Below are positions 36,537 to 48,028 of a DNA stretch of 64,000 nt, one piece after another. A program made the position numbers and the translations under genes. The stretch is from a virus (taxonomy: Duplodnaviria; Caudoviricetes): positions 64,001 to 128,000 of the IMG/VR virus record IMGVR_UViG_3300037067_012889, one strand, 5' to 3'. The number at the start of each line of letters is the position of its first letter. Positions within the stretch are counted from its first letter, which is position 1. The notes beneath the pieces are model-generated. The model had not been told where the DNA came from, made no database searches, and worked only from the letters and a program-made list of their open reading frames with translations.

Positions 36537-37630
36537 TTATTCTGATACATCTCCGACGTAATGGTCTATAAACTGATCCGATTGCCACTTTGCTATGACT
36601 ATCTCTGCCATAGTCGGATGTAATCGGAACATGTGATGTAAATGTGCAACCTCATACTCTGGCTGAACATGCATCAGCACATTCGTACCTTCTGATGTAG
36701 ATGTGTTTTTATCGTTGGCGTATGTTTTCTGCGGTGTATGTATAAGTTCTGCCGGATACTCTACAATAGAATCTTCATTTTCAGAAACATAATACCTCTT
36801 CTCGCTCATCGTCGTCTCCTATCAACTATTAACGTCCATATCAGCATAATTATGCCGACAGGATAACCAAGAAATTCTAGCCACTTACTCGGAACTGCTG
36901 TCGGAGTTAGGGTGTACCAAACAACAGCAATAATAGATGCTAATAAATAAACTACAAGAATCGCAAGTATCAGCAAGGTCCAAAACATCATGTACTCTGC
37001 AATAATTGGTTTATGCCAACTTCGTCAATCAAGATCTGGTTAAGACATATCAAATCCAAACCGATAAAATTCTTACGAACGCAATCGAAACAGTCAACCA
37101 TATTTACGTCACTATTTCCCTTCAATGTCAGGTATAATTCTCTAAGTAGTTGAACTTTGCAGTCATCACGTCCATCGCGTGCCTTGATATGCAAACCAAG
37201 AAGAATTATTCTGTGAAGAGTGTATTCTCTTGGCGTCATAACGACTTCCTAAGACCGCTGGAGTCTACTGGATCGACATGATATTCACCAATAGTCACGA
37301 CAAACCCTCTGGAGTTGTTCTTTACTTATCTTGATGACATTCACATTTGACCCAGGCTCTCTGAGCGATACGTTTAAGATTTCTTTTGTATTCTCTTTTA
37401 TGAGCTTTGCGTCTTCTTATTCGCAAATCGTGAAAATATAGAAACAATTCTTCCTTTGTCATTACCAGCATTGCTTCAAGATCTGAATCGAGCGATGTGT
37501 GAAATTCGTCTCTCCTAATGTATAGCCTGTGCCACCACAATTTGATGCGTTTATTCCAAATTCTTCTTCGTAGGTCTGTGAAGAATTCTCGCATATTTTC
37601 TGAAATACTGTCGATGCAGTATTTAAGCAC
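36537..37630 (-). other. run of small hypothetical genes (36537-36809, 36806-36991 membrane, 36988-37239, 37322-~37594)
   Basis: coupled ORFs. Confidence 0.5.
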
Positions 37631-37633
37631 ACC

Positions 37634-38494
37634 ATGAATAAAGAAGCGGAAAAATACTATGAAGCTATGAAAAGATACTACGATAGTAAACGTCTCTCAA
37701 ACGATGTTGAATTCAAACAGGAATATCTTGGTGAATTCATAGAACCAGAACCAATAGAACCAAGAAAAATATGGGCCGCTCGCCCAAATATACTAAATCA
37801 AAGACGCATTGGAGAAAATGATATGCATCTAGTACAATTATCAGAGGGTATGTCGAAGGCTCCGCGTAGTAGATTATGGAAGTTAGAACAAGAGCTGAAA
37901 CAAGCTAATGGACGATGCTGCATACATAGTGGCCAGGGTGAGCGATATTTCATGTATGCTATGAAGAGAATGCGAATATTAGAACAAATAGCAAAATACA
38001 GACCGCTTAATAAGACCGAACAATATGCAGTAGAGCAAGGGCACAAGATAATAGATAAATATTATTCAAAGCCAATAAGAGAATCGAATGACTCCAAAAT
38101 ATTGGCGTCAGCATTGCAGAAATTGGATGCCAGTCCAGAGCAGATGCCATATAATACAATATGGACAGATATGTATCCAGTCATCAAACGATTCGGACTC
38201 ACCCCAGAGGAAGGATTAGCACTGCGAACTAGTAAAGCTTGGAGAAAAGCACATAACGGACATGAAATAGACAGAGATGTTCTGAAATTAAGTTCTCAAC
38301 GTCCAGATGTACCCGTCCTAAAGAAGAGTAAAAGCCTAGATAGAAGAGAAAGCGGCCCATACTTCGAAGAAGAAGAAAAGCCAACATGCGTTGCATGTGG
38401 TGGAACCGGCAAATCGAGTACTGGAAGGCCATATGTTCCTTGCCAAATACGCAAGCAGAGAGAAGCTAAGCGCAAGCCGCAAGATAAGAAATAG
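37634..38494 (+). CDS. hypothetical protein with C-terminal CxxCxGTG motif
   Basis: 286-aa ORF; internal GGAG plus ATG near 37823 may be the true start. Confidence 0.6.
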   Translation: MNKEAEKYYEAMKRYYDSKRLSNDVEFKQEYLGEFIEPEPIEPRKIWAARPNILNQRRIGENDMHLVQLSEGMSKAPRSRLWKLEQELKQANGRCCIHSGQGERYFMYAMKRMRILEQIAKYRPLNKTEQYAVEQGHKIIDKYYSKPIRESNDSKILASALQKLDASPEQMPYNTIWTDMYPVIKRFGLTPEEGLALRTSKAWRKAHNGHEIDRDVLKLSSQRPDVPVLKKSKSLDRRESGPYFEEEEKPTCVACGGTGKSSTGRPYVPCQIRKQREAKRKPQDKK

Positions 38495-38573
38495 TATTTT
38501 ATATCTATTAAGTGATTGCCACTTCTAATTAACCATTGTTACGTTTTGTGCTATAATCGTATAAAGGATAATT

Positions 38574-38834
38574 ATGTTGGAAATTCTCGTATCTGCTATT
38601 AGTATAGGCCAAATCGTTGGCCTATTTGTTATTATGGAGATGTTCCATAGCAGAAGAAAGTCCAGGTACATAGGTACTGTTCTGATATTGGCAGGCGTTC
38701 TTCCAATTATCAAAATATTGATTGTGAAGCCGGGCCAAACTAATCTACCATACTTAGCAATGTGGAGCGGGATCGCTATGGTTATAATGGGTATCTTGTG
38801 GATTATTTTCGGTGAGGTATACAGAAATAAATGA
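38574..38834 (+). CDS. 3-TM membrane protein
   Basis: three hydrophobic segments; promoter 38529-38557. Confidence 0.6.
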   Translation: MLEILVSAISIGQIVGLFVIMEMFHSRRKSRYIGTVLILAGVLPIIKILIVKPGQTNLPYLAMWSGIAMVIMGILWIIFGEVYRNK

Positions 38835-39148
38835 ATTGGCATTTTTATGAGTCAGAGTTGCAAGACGGAAAACAAGTGCAGTTCCGACCTCACGGCAATT
38901 CGATGGAGCCGAAAATCCACAGCGGCAATCTCGTTACTATAAATCCAATTACAGAAGCGGATTCGTTGATCTCAAAAGGCGACATCGTTTTCTGCAAGGT
39001 GCATGGAACGTATTATGTCCACCTTGTAGAATCAGTACATCTGACATCTGGCGGCTATCGCTATCAGATTCGCAACAACAAGGGGCATATCAACGGAGTC
39101 ATCGGTCAAGACAGCATCTTCGGGAAGGTTGTAAAGATCGATGATTAG
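38831..39148 (+). CDS. S24/S26 peptidase-like protein
   Basis: GNSMEP.I.SG, GDIVFCKV, VHLV, N.KG. Confidence 0.7.
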   Translation: MNWHFYESELQDGKQVQFRPHGNSMEPKIHSGNLVTINPITEADSLISKGDIVFCKVHGTYYVHLVESVHLTSGGYRYQIRNNKGHINGVIGQDSIFGKVVKIDD

Positions 39149-39641
39149 GAAGAGATTGAGCGAGCGTGCCGTTCTATGGTACAAGGATCCAAAATGCTAC
39201 TGGTGTAGGAAGCCTACGAGGTTACTGCCAGAGATAACGGGAGGCAAAGCACCAGATGATATGGCAACGATCGACCATCTTTATAACAAGCTCGACAAGA
39301 ACCGCCAAGACATAGATCTTGGGATTATCAAGAAAAATCGAAGAGGCAAGACAGTAGTCAGGCGGCATGTACTAGCCTGTTATGCTTGCAATCAGAAACG
39401 CGGATTACTAGATTGCCAAGCTGCGAAATCTGGAATAGAATTCACTGTATCTGAAACATGTGCGACTAGACTACCGCAGAAAGAAATTGTAGAAGAGCCA
39501 ATCGATCCAGATATGACTCCGATTGAAGCTGATTGGTATTTAGACAGACATTACCGACTAAGAGATTGGAAAAGGCAAGTTGAAGAAAGTTTGGATGGCC
39601 TAGTGTCTGTCATGGGTTTGCCATTGAAAGGCGGCAAGTAA
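39141..39641 (+). CDS. HNH endonuclease
   Basis: CYWC...ATIDHL...VLACYACNQKRG. Confidence 0.78.
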   Translation: MIRKRLSERAVLWYKDPKCYWCRKPTRLLPEITGGKAPDDMATIDHLYNKLDKNRQDIDLGIIKKNRRGKTVVRRHVLACYACNQKRGLLDCQAAKSGIEFTVSETCATRLPQKEIVEEPIDPDMTPIEADWYLDRHYRLRDWKRQVEESLDGLVSVMGLPLKGGK

Positions 39642-40699
39642 TGCATTATGAAGAAGCTATCAAGCACTGCATTTTTCTGTACACGTCCGGATCGCATCAA
39701 TATGGTACAAATCGCCCTGATAGCGATGTTGATAGGCGTGGTGTATTCATCGCTCCACTTGAATGTGCATTCAACATATTCCAATCCAGCTTCGTCGGTT
39801 CTGGAAGCATCAAGAGCGATCTTCACATAGCACTCGATGCTATCGAATATGGCGACTCGATCAAAGCGAAGCATGCTATCGAATCGGCATTACAAACAGA
39901 TAGGGGCGATTTAACATTATCTGTCGAAACTGTGCACAAAACTGGTGAAGATACAGAGCTTCAAGAGTTAAGGAAATTCATGAAGCTGGCCTCAGATTGC
40001 AACCCGAACATCATCGAATTTCTCTATGTCGAACATCTCATCGACATTTGCAAACCAGAATGGGATATGATTAGAGAGCATAGAGATTTTTTCTTATCGC
40101 AAAAAGCTAGATGGACTTTTGCCGGATACGCAATCCAACAACTTAAGCGCATCAAAATTCATCGCGGCTATTTGTTGAATCCACCTACACATCAGCCGAC
40201 AAGGAAAGAATTCGGACTTCCAGAAAACAGCAAGATTCCAAAAGAGCACCAAAACGCCATTCTGTCTCTCCCAGACGAGTGGATTATTGAAGGCTCAAAA
40301 GATCAGGTTATCCAAGAAAAACGGTACGCATCGGCATTGCAAGCGTGGAATGCATATCATAAATGGGATAAGGAGCGCAATCCTGCTCGAAAAGAATTAG
40401 AGAGAAAATACGGTTATGACGTTAAGCACAGTATGCATCTCGTCAGACTGTGCAGGATGGCCGAGGAGATTATCAGAGATCAAAAAGTTCTGGTTAAAAG
40501 ACCAGATGCTGAAGAATTGCGTGGCATCTTGAGGGGCGAGTGGAAATATGAAGAGATTGAAGCTGTCGCCGACAACTTAGATGCAAAACTTGACGCCTTC
40601 TGTAAAACCTCAACACTTAGGAAAGTGCCGGACAGGAAGCGAATTGCCGCTTTATATCAAACAATCTGCGAATTTCGATATGGGATAAAACTGCCGTGA
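39641..40699 (+). CDS. Pol-beta-superfamily nucleotidyltransferase (Nuc-transf / YcgL-like)
   Basis: GSH.YGT..PDSD.D.RGVF, NPN.IE.L, F.GYA..QL, YD.KH.MHL.RL. Confidence 0.88.
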   Translation: MHYEEAIKHCIFLYTSGSHQYGTNRPDSDVDRRGVFIAPLECAFNIFQSSFVGSGSIKSDLHIALDAIEYGDSIKAKHAIESALQTDRGDLTLSVETVHKTGEDTELQELRKFMKLASDCNPNIIEFLYVEHLIDICKPEWDMIREHRDFFLSQKARWTFAGYAIQQLKRIKIHRGYLLNPPTHQPTRKEFGLPENSKIPKEHQNAILSLPDEWIIEGSKDQVIQEKRYASALQAWNAYHKWDKERNPARKELERKYGYDVKHSMHLVRLCRMAEEIIRDQKVLVKRPDAEELRGILRGEWKYEEIEAVADNLDAKLDAFCKTSTLRKVPDRKRIAALYQTICEFRYGIKLP

Positions 40700-41004
40700 A
40701 CAAGCTCAGAGTTTGGTGGATGATACCAGCGCCCGGTAAGCAACATATATTTTATGTCCCTGTAGCTGGGTTGGCAGAGGCTAAGAAAATTCTCGAAGTG
40801 CTTGCAGACCACACAAATTTTCTTATTGCACATGACTTGTGTAATGATTACGCAAATGTGAATGGTCTTGAAGAATTTGATCCAGATGACCCTATTGATG
40901 ATCCGGAAGGGTCATGGTGTGAATGGGAATCGGATGATGGTGATGACATTCACCAAATAAACATTGTCCAAGCAAAAACAAAAGACCGTTTAGCAAAGGG
41001 CTAG
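40696..41004 (+). CDS. P22 gp17-like protein (often labelled superinfection exclusion)
   Basis: KLRVWW..P....F.V.V..EA..L..LA...DYAN.NGLE.FD...W..W pattern. Confidence 0.6.
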   Translation: MNKLRVWWMIPAPGKQHIFYVPVAGLAEAKKILEVLADHTNFLIAHDLCNDYANVNGLEEFDPDDPIDDPEGSWCEWESDDGDDIHQINIVQAKTKDRLAKG

Positions 41005-41005
41005 T

Positions 41006-42991
41006 ATGCCGAGTCATATTTCAGAGACCAGGGTTGTTTGCCCGTATTGCAAAGTGTCCGATTGCAGATCTGAGAGATTTGATGCAGTCCCTGGCGAAGA
41101 TCCGACCGACGATTTCGATGTGAAATGTGGTAATTGCGGCAAGACATTCTATGTCGAGAGACATATACAAATTATATATGTATCGACAAAGCGAAAAGGT
41201 AAAACAAGGAAGAGCGGCACTCTTTGGGCTTGTAGTACGGAGAATTTATAATTCATGATTACATTCTATCGTCGAATTCGAATTTGGTCACGCTTCTTAC
41301 GATTTTGGCATGCGCTATTACACTTTCACTGCATGATTGATATCGTTCACAAAGACGGCACAATCATCGCTTGCTCGTGCGGTAAGATGTGGGGCAAACC
41401 CGATATAATTCCAGCAGAAATAATGGTTTTACTTAATCATGGCAGGAAAAAGTAAAGAATTGTGCGTTTTATGCAGCAACAACTACTATAACTATGCGGC
41501 GGCTAGCGGTTGTTGGTCCTTTGATAGCGCCAAAGTAGTTACAAGAACTCTTGTTGGCGTGTGGCAAAATCCGCCATATAAATGGAATCCGCAAGACACT
41601 TTATCATGTTGCACACCAGATGGTCAGCGATTCATTAGCAAGGACGATCCAAGGGTTATTGATTGAAGTGTCGAAAGTTAATAGGTGATTATATGTCATA
41701 TTCAGATTATGGTGGGTTGTGTTGGAAGTTCAAAGACGGCGAGGGACCAGAACGTTATGCCGCAGCCGAGGATGCTAGCCTTCATTCAGTAGGTCCAGGT
41801 GATGATAGGCCGTTGGAGAAAGCGACCGGCTTCAAATTCGACGCCTTATTAAAAGCAGATCCGGAATATATGACGCCGAAAGCAAAAGGTGAGAATGATT
41901 GGCTTACAATCCATGCTCATCATGTTGTAATCGGAACGCTTTCCGGCATCGGCCTTATCAATCACAAAGGCTCTGTATGGATCACTATCAATGGTGAAAC
42001 CATATTTGAATATTCATGGGATGACGAAACATTTGCAAGATTCGAGTTCGAGGGACATGAGTGGGCTGTCGAATTTAAAAAAGATCCGTATGTTTCTTAC
42101 AACTGGATTCGCTATCCAGATGGTACAAATTACTTGGCGGTCGGCGGTTATGGTGTTGGAGAGCACTGGTGGCTCGATGACGACAACAAAGTCGTAAATT
42201 CGATTGGAGATGGATATAGTGAGCAATATCCAACAATACAAGAGTGGTTTAACGAATTGATTTCCTGGTACGATAGTCTGAAAAAAGATACCAAGGATAT
42301 GCAATCGAAACCACAAGCCACTGGGGTGCAGAATGAGCAAGGAGACGAAAAAATGCCCGGATAGATATGTTCCGGACATAACATGCCAAACATGCAAACT
42401 GTGGGATAGAATTGATAAAGGCTGCCCTGTTGAACATCCGGGAGTAAATTTTTCTTGCTCGAAACATCAAAACTTCGCAGTCTTTACTGAAATGGCTATT
42501 AAAGCTATGGTGTTGAGCAATCAAGCTCGCACAGAAAGTGGACATTGTTACGGGTGCCAAACGACAATATGGAGTGATGAAGCATTTGTAAAGAAAGGCG
42601 AGAACCTTTACCACCTCACATGTCTTATTACCCAAAGAGCGCAAATGGCAGAATCAGAGGTTGAGAGATTAACTAGCGTTAACAAGACTTTAGGAAAGCT
42701 TATCAAGAGTAGATGAATCCGGCTGACAGATTAGACGACTATCTTTTAGCCTATTACCTCAACCCACATTCCAAAAGGTGGAGCGTTGGCGTAGGGCAAG
42801 TCATATTAGGTGCATCTGAGCAGGATCGAGAACAATTTCGACAGCTACGATCTAAGGATATATCTGATTTTGTGGATAACGAGTTAGCTGCGGCCAAAGC
42901 TATGAGCGAATCAGATAGAAGACGTAATCAATTCAGATTGGAAAATAAAAGATTAGCTAGCCTCTTAATGGTGGGAAAAGATGAACGATGA
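41006..42991 (+). other. run of small, mostly Cys-rich hypothetical genes (41006-41251, 41255-41455, 41439-41666, ~41693-42364, 42333-42716, 42713-42991)
   Basis: coupled same-strand ORFs with CxxC motifs. Confidence 0.55.
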
Positions 42992-43161
42992 CTATATGAC
43001 AGAATGGTTTTATGTCGACGACTGGAGTGACTGGGGTGACGACCCATATCAAGATTGCAGAGCCAGCACCAGTTCGCGAACAAGATGTTCGCGTCATCTG
43101 TCTAGACTAGCTATAGTAACCTTGGATCCCATAGGGACTCCCAAACGTTAAAATATGTAGA

Positions 43162-45921
43162 CTAGACATCCAACCTTAACGACCAAGGCGTACGTCTTAT
43201 CGTTAGAATACCCCTATCGATCGCGTGTTGGAAGCGGCTATATAGCGCAGAGCACAACTCTTTAGCTTCCAATTCTGTACAATGGCAACCAAGATGCCAA
43301 CTTCCACAACCACCACCAGAATCTGTCAGATCCCAATTTGACATAAAGAGTCTGACTTCGGATGGCAATGCACCGAATCTTTCCACATATTTGTGACCAA
43401 AATCTTCCATTTCAGCAACAAGTGATGGTGAGACATCACATTCTGTCTGATACCCTATGGCATCAACCATCCAACATTTAACATGCTCAAAAGATCTAGG
43501 ATGTCCGAGGACGGCTTGTGCTTTGCGTTTCAAATTGACCTGCAACTCGTCAATTTTCGGATCTGGTTTAGCAGGCCCTTGTGTTGGCTGTATTGCATTT
43601 AATGCTTGGCGTGCATCTTCATATTCCTGCCAAATAGTTTCAAACGTCATGGTCTTCCCTAATCTATGACCATCGCTGCACGTTGATAACAAACATCAAG
43701 AGTCCCAAATGAAACATTACGGCAAAGAAAGTTGATCGCTACCGAAATTTGTTCGGCATCATCTGACTTTTGAGCCATCTCACTTTTTAACTCGCCCTTC
43801 GCAAAGTGGTATCCAGCGAGATACCAAATTTCCCAGAATCGACCGTCGTGTCCTCGCCGTGATCGAAGGCATTCAAAGCCATAAGATTGAAGTTTTCTAG
43901 CCTCGTATTCATATGGCGTATTGTTGTAGCCGCAGAGGTATTTCACTATGAAAGCTGGACTGCTATATTTTGGATCTGGCTCTTCCGGCAGCGGCGGTAT
44001 AGGATTAGAAAGAAACGGAGCTTCTTTAGTCCAATCGATTAATGGTATCCATTTAGGCGGTTGATATGGATCTTCAACCGGATCAGGCATTTTAACAAAA
44101 CGTTCTCGCCTCTCTAGGCGACCATCTTCTGAAACTCTTATCCAGCAAGACCCAAGAGTAAACGCCTCCATTGATTCCATTTCTTCGGCAGTCAATTCAC
44201 CGATTGTAACCTCACCCTGATTGCACTTGCGATGAGATATACCGGCTACTCTGATCTTTTTTAATTTCGGTTCTTCCATAGGATTTCTAGTCAATTAGTT
44301 CGAGGACTTTTTTAATTTGTATAGTCTTTAAATTCTTTCCCATCATAACAAGGCTATGTAATGCATTGACGTCAGTGGTGTGGTTTGCCTTTCTAGCAAA
44401 GAAGATCATAACAGCACTATCAGCAGATGTCACCTCAATCGATTTGTCATAAACTAAGTACTTAATATCATCTCGAATGATAATAGCAGCTGCGGCCATG
44501 TTCACGCTCCAATGTCACTCGTAGTATATGTGTCGATCATGAATTTGATTGCTTTATAACAGTCTAAGCATAATATCTCTTTCCAATGCTCTTCTGGGAC
44601 ATATTTTCTCCAATCGGATGTTGGTACCATGAAGAGATTTGGCCATAACTTACCACAGCGACAACAGATATTAGGGTAAACAATATATGGTATCAAGCCT
44701 TTTTCATCGAGTATCTTATCCCATTGCTCTTGTTGTGCAACAGTAAGCCCGTTAGAATAAGCCCATGTTCCTTCACTACAGTCAATGTTAAGAAGTTTAT
44801 AACAGCATCTACACGAAATCAACTGCCTGCCACAGAACGGGCAACGCTCTACATCACATCCATGCCTGTGAAATTGTCCCTCGTATACACCACAATCATG
44901 ACAAATATGTCTATCGACCTTGGGTGGATCAATCTTTATAGATTCGGCGATAGCAGCCGCTGTAGGCTCTCTTTCTTTCTCTACTATAGCCTGTATCTTA
45001 GCTCGATCAGACGCCGTCAACTCTAGCTCGTACATTTTGTAGTTTCCAAGAATGGTCACAATCTGACCATCGATATAAGACAGTTTCGCTGCCATCAAGG
45101 TTAAATCTGATAATGCAAGGGTTTATACCGCATGGAACAGATTCTAGGACATCAAGAAGACGTGGAGTTGGGCCATCGAACATACCAAATGAGCCTGGCT
45201 CTTCTTCATACCCAGCACCATAAACGACTTCGTTTCTCTTTTCTATTTCTGGCGGGCCATATGCCGATGGAGTATAGCTCTCAGGCGGCGTATTGTTTTC
45301 GTCCGTTATAACATCTATTGGGACAATCGCTACTGTTGGGCTTTCTATAAATCCGACAACGGCGGTGCGGAATCTATCTAATCGTTCTTTAGCTATGTTT
45401 TCTGTAGAATAAACTACTGGACTATAAATCTTGCGCTGAGTACCTGTTGAGTCATTACCAATAGCTCGTAATTGAAAGACTCGTCCCATATCAGTTTACT
45501 CGTTAGCAACGGTTGTGGTCGTGTTTTGGTCTATAGAAACATTCTTCATCGGTTGTTTCGGTTTATCTAATTCTTGCTCCAACTCAGTGAGAACTTTTTC
45601 CGTTTCTATACTTTCTTCTCGAAATTCTGGTTCATCGTCTGGCACTATTTCTACGAAATAGAAATTTGCCCAGTTAATGTTGAGATCGATCTTAACACCG
45701 ATGCCACTCATAGATGGTAGAATCTCGTACACCCTATGCCAAAATAAATATTTCGGTAACCTCTTGTGAAGGTTCTTTTTCTTCATCATGTCATCATAAA
45801 GTCTGATGATCTCTTCAGTATGCTCCTCTGGCACTCTCCAACGTTTTGGGTCCCGTTTCTTCTTAGAAGCTTTTGGAGCTTCTACTTTCTTCCTAAATAG
45901 TTTCGTGATTATACTAAACAT
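43162..45921 (-). other. run of hypothetical genes (43162-~43650, 43659-44294, 44287-44505, 44502-~45034 Cys-rich, 45007-45489, 45496-45921)
   Basis: coupled ORFs; CHDCG...H..GCDVERCP.CG.QLISC zinc-binding motif in the 44502 gene. Confidence 0.55.
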
Positions 45922-45924
45922 AGT

Positions 45925-46734
45925 TCAATATCCTGATAAGTTTTCTCTACCAAGAACAGGACCAGTCGTTGATCGTATAAATTTCGGGACGTGTTGTCTT
46001 ACAATTGGATTAGCTTTAAAGCTACCAACAAAAGCAGTGCCTTGGCATCTACCTGTCAACTGTATTGTCCTCGCTCGCTCAGTCTCTACATCTGCGAAAG
46101 CATTTCGAAGCATTTCTTCTGTGAGAGTATGCAAATGATAAGTGTCGACCGGGGTATTCAGCCATTCGAAAATACGAATTCTTCTTCCTATTTTCTTTGC
46201 ATTCTCTAATATTTTAACTGGATCTTCTACGTGCTGTAGGCAATTATAGATCCAAACCTCGTCGGCCATAGGCAAGTCGCCGACATCTTCACCACCTTTG
46301 TTGATAAATCCAATACCATATGTCTTGTATCGTCTAAATACTGACGGTGGCCAAGGTACAGGATCTACCGCAATAAGCTTGCCAGTGTTGTAACATCGCA
46401 ACAGCAACGACCATGGGCCAGATCCGATATCGATAACCGATGCACCATCGAGATCGATATCGCAGTTTTCATCACCATACTCATCAAAAATACCCATCTC
46501 ATAGGCATACGTCGTCTGCTTGACGATTTCACCTAGGGCATTCATGTCGTAGCAATTACCCCAAAACTCTGCTTCCGCTGCACGTCGTTTAGCTATATCG
46601 GCTTCACTTGCCATTTTCTTTTGTTCTGCCTCTAGACATATGTTACAAATCCATTTGCTTTTTGGATCAGTTTTATCTCGTGATAACTCTTTGGCGTACT
46701 TGCCACATTCTTCACAATGTCCTATTGTAGTCAT
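45925..46734 (-). CDS. class I SAM-dependent methyltransferase with N-terminal zinc finger
   Basis: VIDIGSGP, AVDP, DEVWIYNCLQHV.DP. Confidence 0.82.
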   Translation of the reverse strand: MTTIGHCEECGKYAKELSRDKTDPKSKWICNICLEAEQKKMASEADIAKRRAAEAEFWGNCYDMNALGEIVKQTTYAYEMGIFDEYGDENCDIDLDGASVIDIGSGPWSLLLRCYNTGKLIAVDPVPWPPSVFRRYKTYGIGFINKGGEDVGDLPMADEVWIYNCLQHVEDPVKILENAKKIGRRIRIFEWLNTPVDTYHLHTLTEEMLRNAFADVETERARTIQLTGRCQGTAFVGSFKANPIVRQHVPKFIRSTTGPVLGRENLSGY

Positions 46735-47063
46735 TCTGGTTTCTTGTGCTCTTGTGGTACATGTTCCCGAATTGCCTTAAGTTCTGGCACAAACGCTTTG
46801 TCTTCTGGACCCCATTCCCACTCGGTTTCTATTTCGGGAAGCTCCATAGAACGAAATATGCCATTCAACAGGCCAACGACACTGACGCGATTTCCTGACA
46901 TTGTCTTAAAAGCGCCAACTTCAATAGTTGGGTGATTTGCGAGACAGGCGTTGCAAGGAATGCGTACGCTTAGTAATGTGCTCATCGCTACAGGATCGTC
47001 TTCGACAGCTAGCCGTAGGCAATCAAGAGCCTTCTGGTATTTTTCTCGATATATGTCGTCCAT
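46731..47063 (-). CDS. conserved hypothetical protein
   Basis: DP.A...L...R.PCN..LA.HPTI.V...VGLLNG motif. Confidence 0.65.
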   Translation of the reverse strand: MDDIYREKYQKALDCLRLAVEDDPVAMSTLLSVRIPCNACLANHPTIEVGAFKTMSGNRVSVVGLLNGIFRSMELPEIETEWEWGPEDKAFVPELKAIREHVPQEHKKPE

Positions 47064-47246
47064 TATCTATCGACCTTCTTTGGTGGCCCGATCATGTGAA
47101 ATGATTCTATTTTAACAAGCAAGTTATCAAAAGCTTGATCTCTTGCTTTTTCTGTTAAATACCAATGGAAATTTGTATCTGAATGCTGTATTCCGAAAGG
47201 CTTCTTCTTCACCGATTTTTTACGATGCCGTGGAACATCATCTTCT

Positions 47247-47756
47247 TCACACATGACATATCCTTTTTAGAAACGCTGTCGTTCCGATTATATCGTCTAT
47301 ACCATAATCGTCAGACTTACAAAAGTCTTCTACAGCACGTACAACTGCTCTGGCTATTGTGCGCCTAAGCGTCCCCTTGGCAAAATCGTGCACAGCAAAC
47401 AACCCATTGGGCTTTATTAGCGTCGAACTTACTTCGAGATCGCGATGACATGAATTATATGAATGATCCCCATCAACAATAATTGCGTCGAATTTTGTAG
47501 ACACACCCAATTCGATTAAATCATCTACAGTGCCAGTGAGCAATCTCATGTTCGGTTTTCGATTCTCATACCATTTAAGCCCCGCACGTCTCCATAGTAA
47601 CGGATCAACACTATAGAAAGTGACGCCCGGCCGTGCCATGGCCCATAACGAAACAGTAACACCGTGAAATGTACCGATTTCTAAGACCTTACCAGTATTA
47701 GGTAATCTTTCTAGAATAGCTTCATATTCTTCGACAAGCATTAATGACTTACTCAT
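47247..47756 (-). CDS. Methyltransf_24-like SAM methyltransferase
   Basis: VLEIGTFHG, SVD, FDAIIVDGDHSY, G...VHD. Confidence 0.85.
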   Translation of the reverse strand: MSKSLMLVEEYEAILERLPNTGKVLEIGTFHGVTVSLWAMARPGVTFYSVDPLLWRRAGLKWYENRKPNMRLLTGTVDDLIELGVSTKFDAIIVDGDHSYNSCHRDLEVSSTLIKPNGLFAVHDFAKGTLRRTIARAVVRAVEDFCKSDDYGIDDIIGTTAFLKRICHV

Positions 47757-48028
47757 CTTAATCCTTTATATGCCGAAACCTACTATATTTCGGAGCACTT
47801 GTAACTGCACGTTGATACGTACTTTTCGGTTTTGCGGAACTACTACGCATATCGGCTATATGCTTCTTTTTTATTTTCTTCTTTAAAGCTGCGATTTCTT
47901 CTAGGCTTGGCAAATATTTTGGCTCTTCTTTCATGTTGTCTCCAAATCACGGTTTATATACTCAAATAATATTGCTACAAGTATGTCAATAGTATCTAAT
48001 GAAAAATGACAATTTAATCGAGTGCTCA

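Noticed and set aside
37700-37745. Terminase large subunit suggested by FKQEYLGEF
   Set aside because: Isolated short motif with no ATPase or nuclease domain around it
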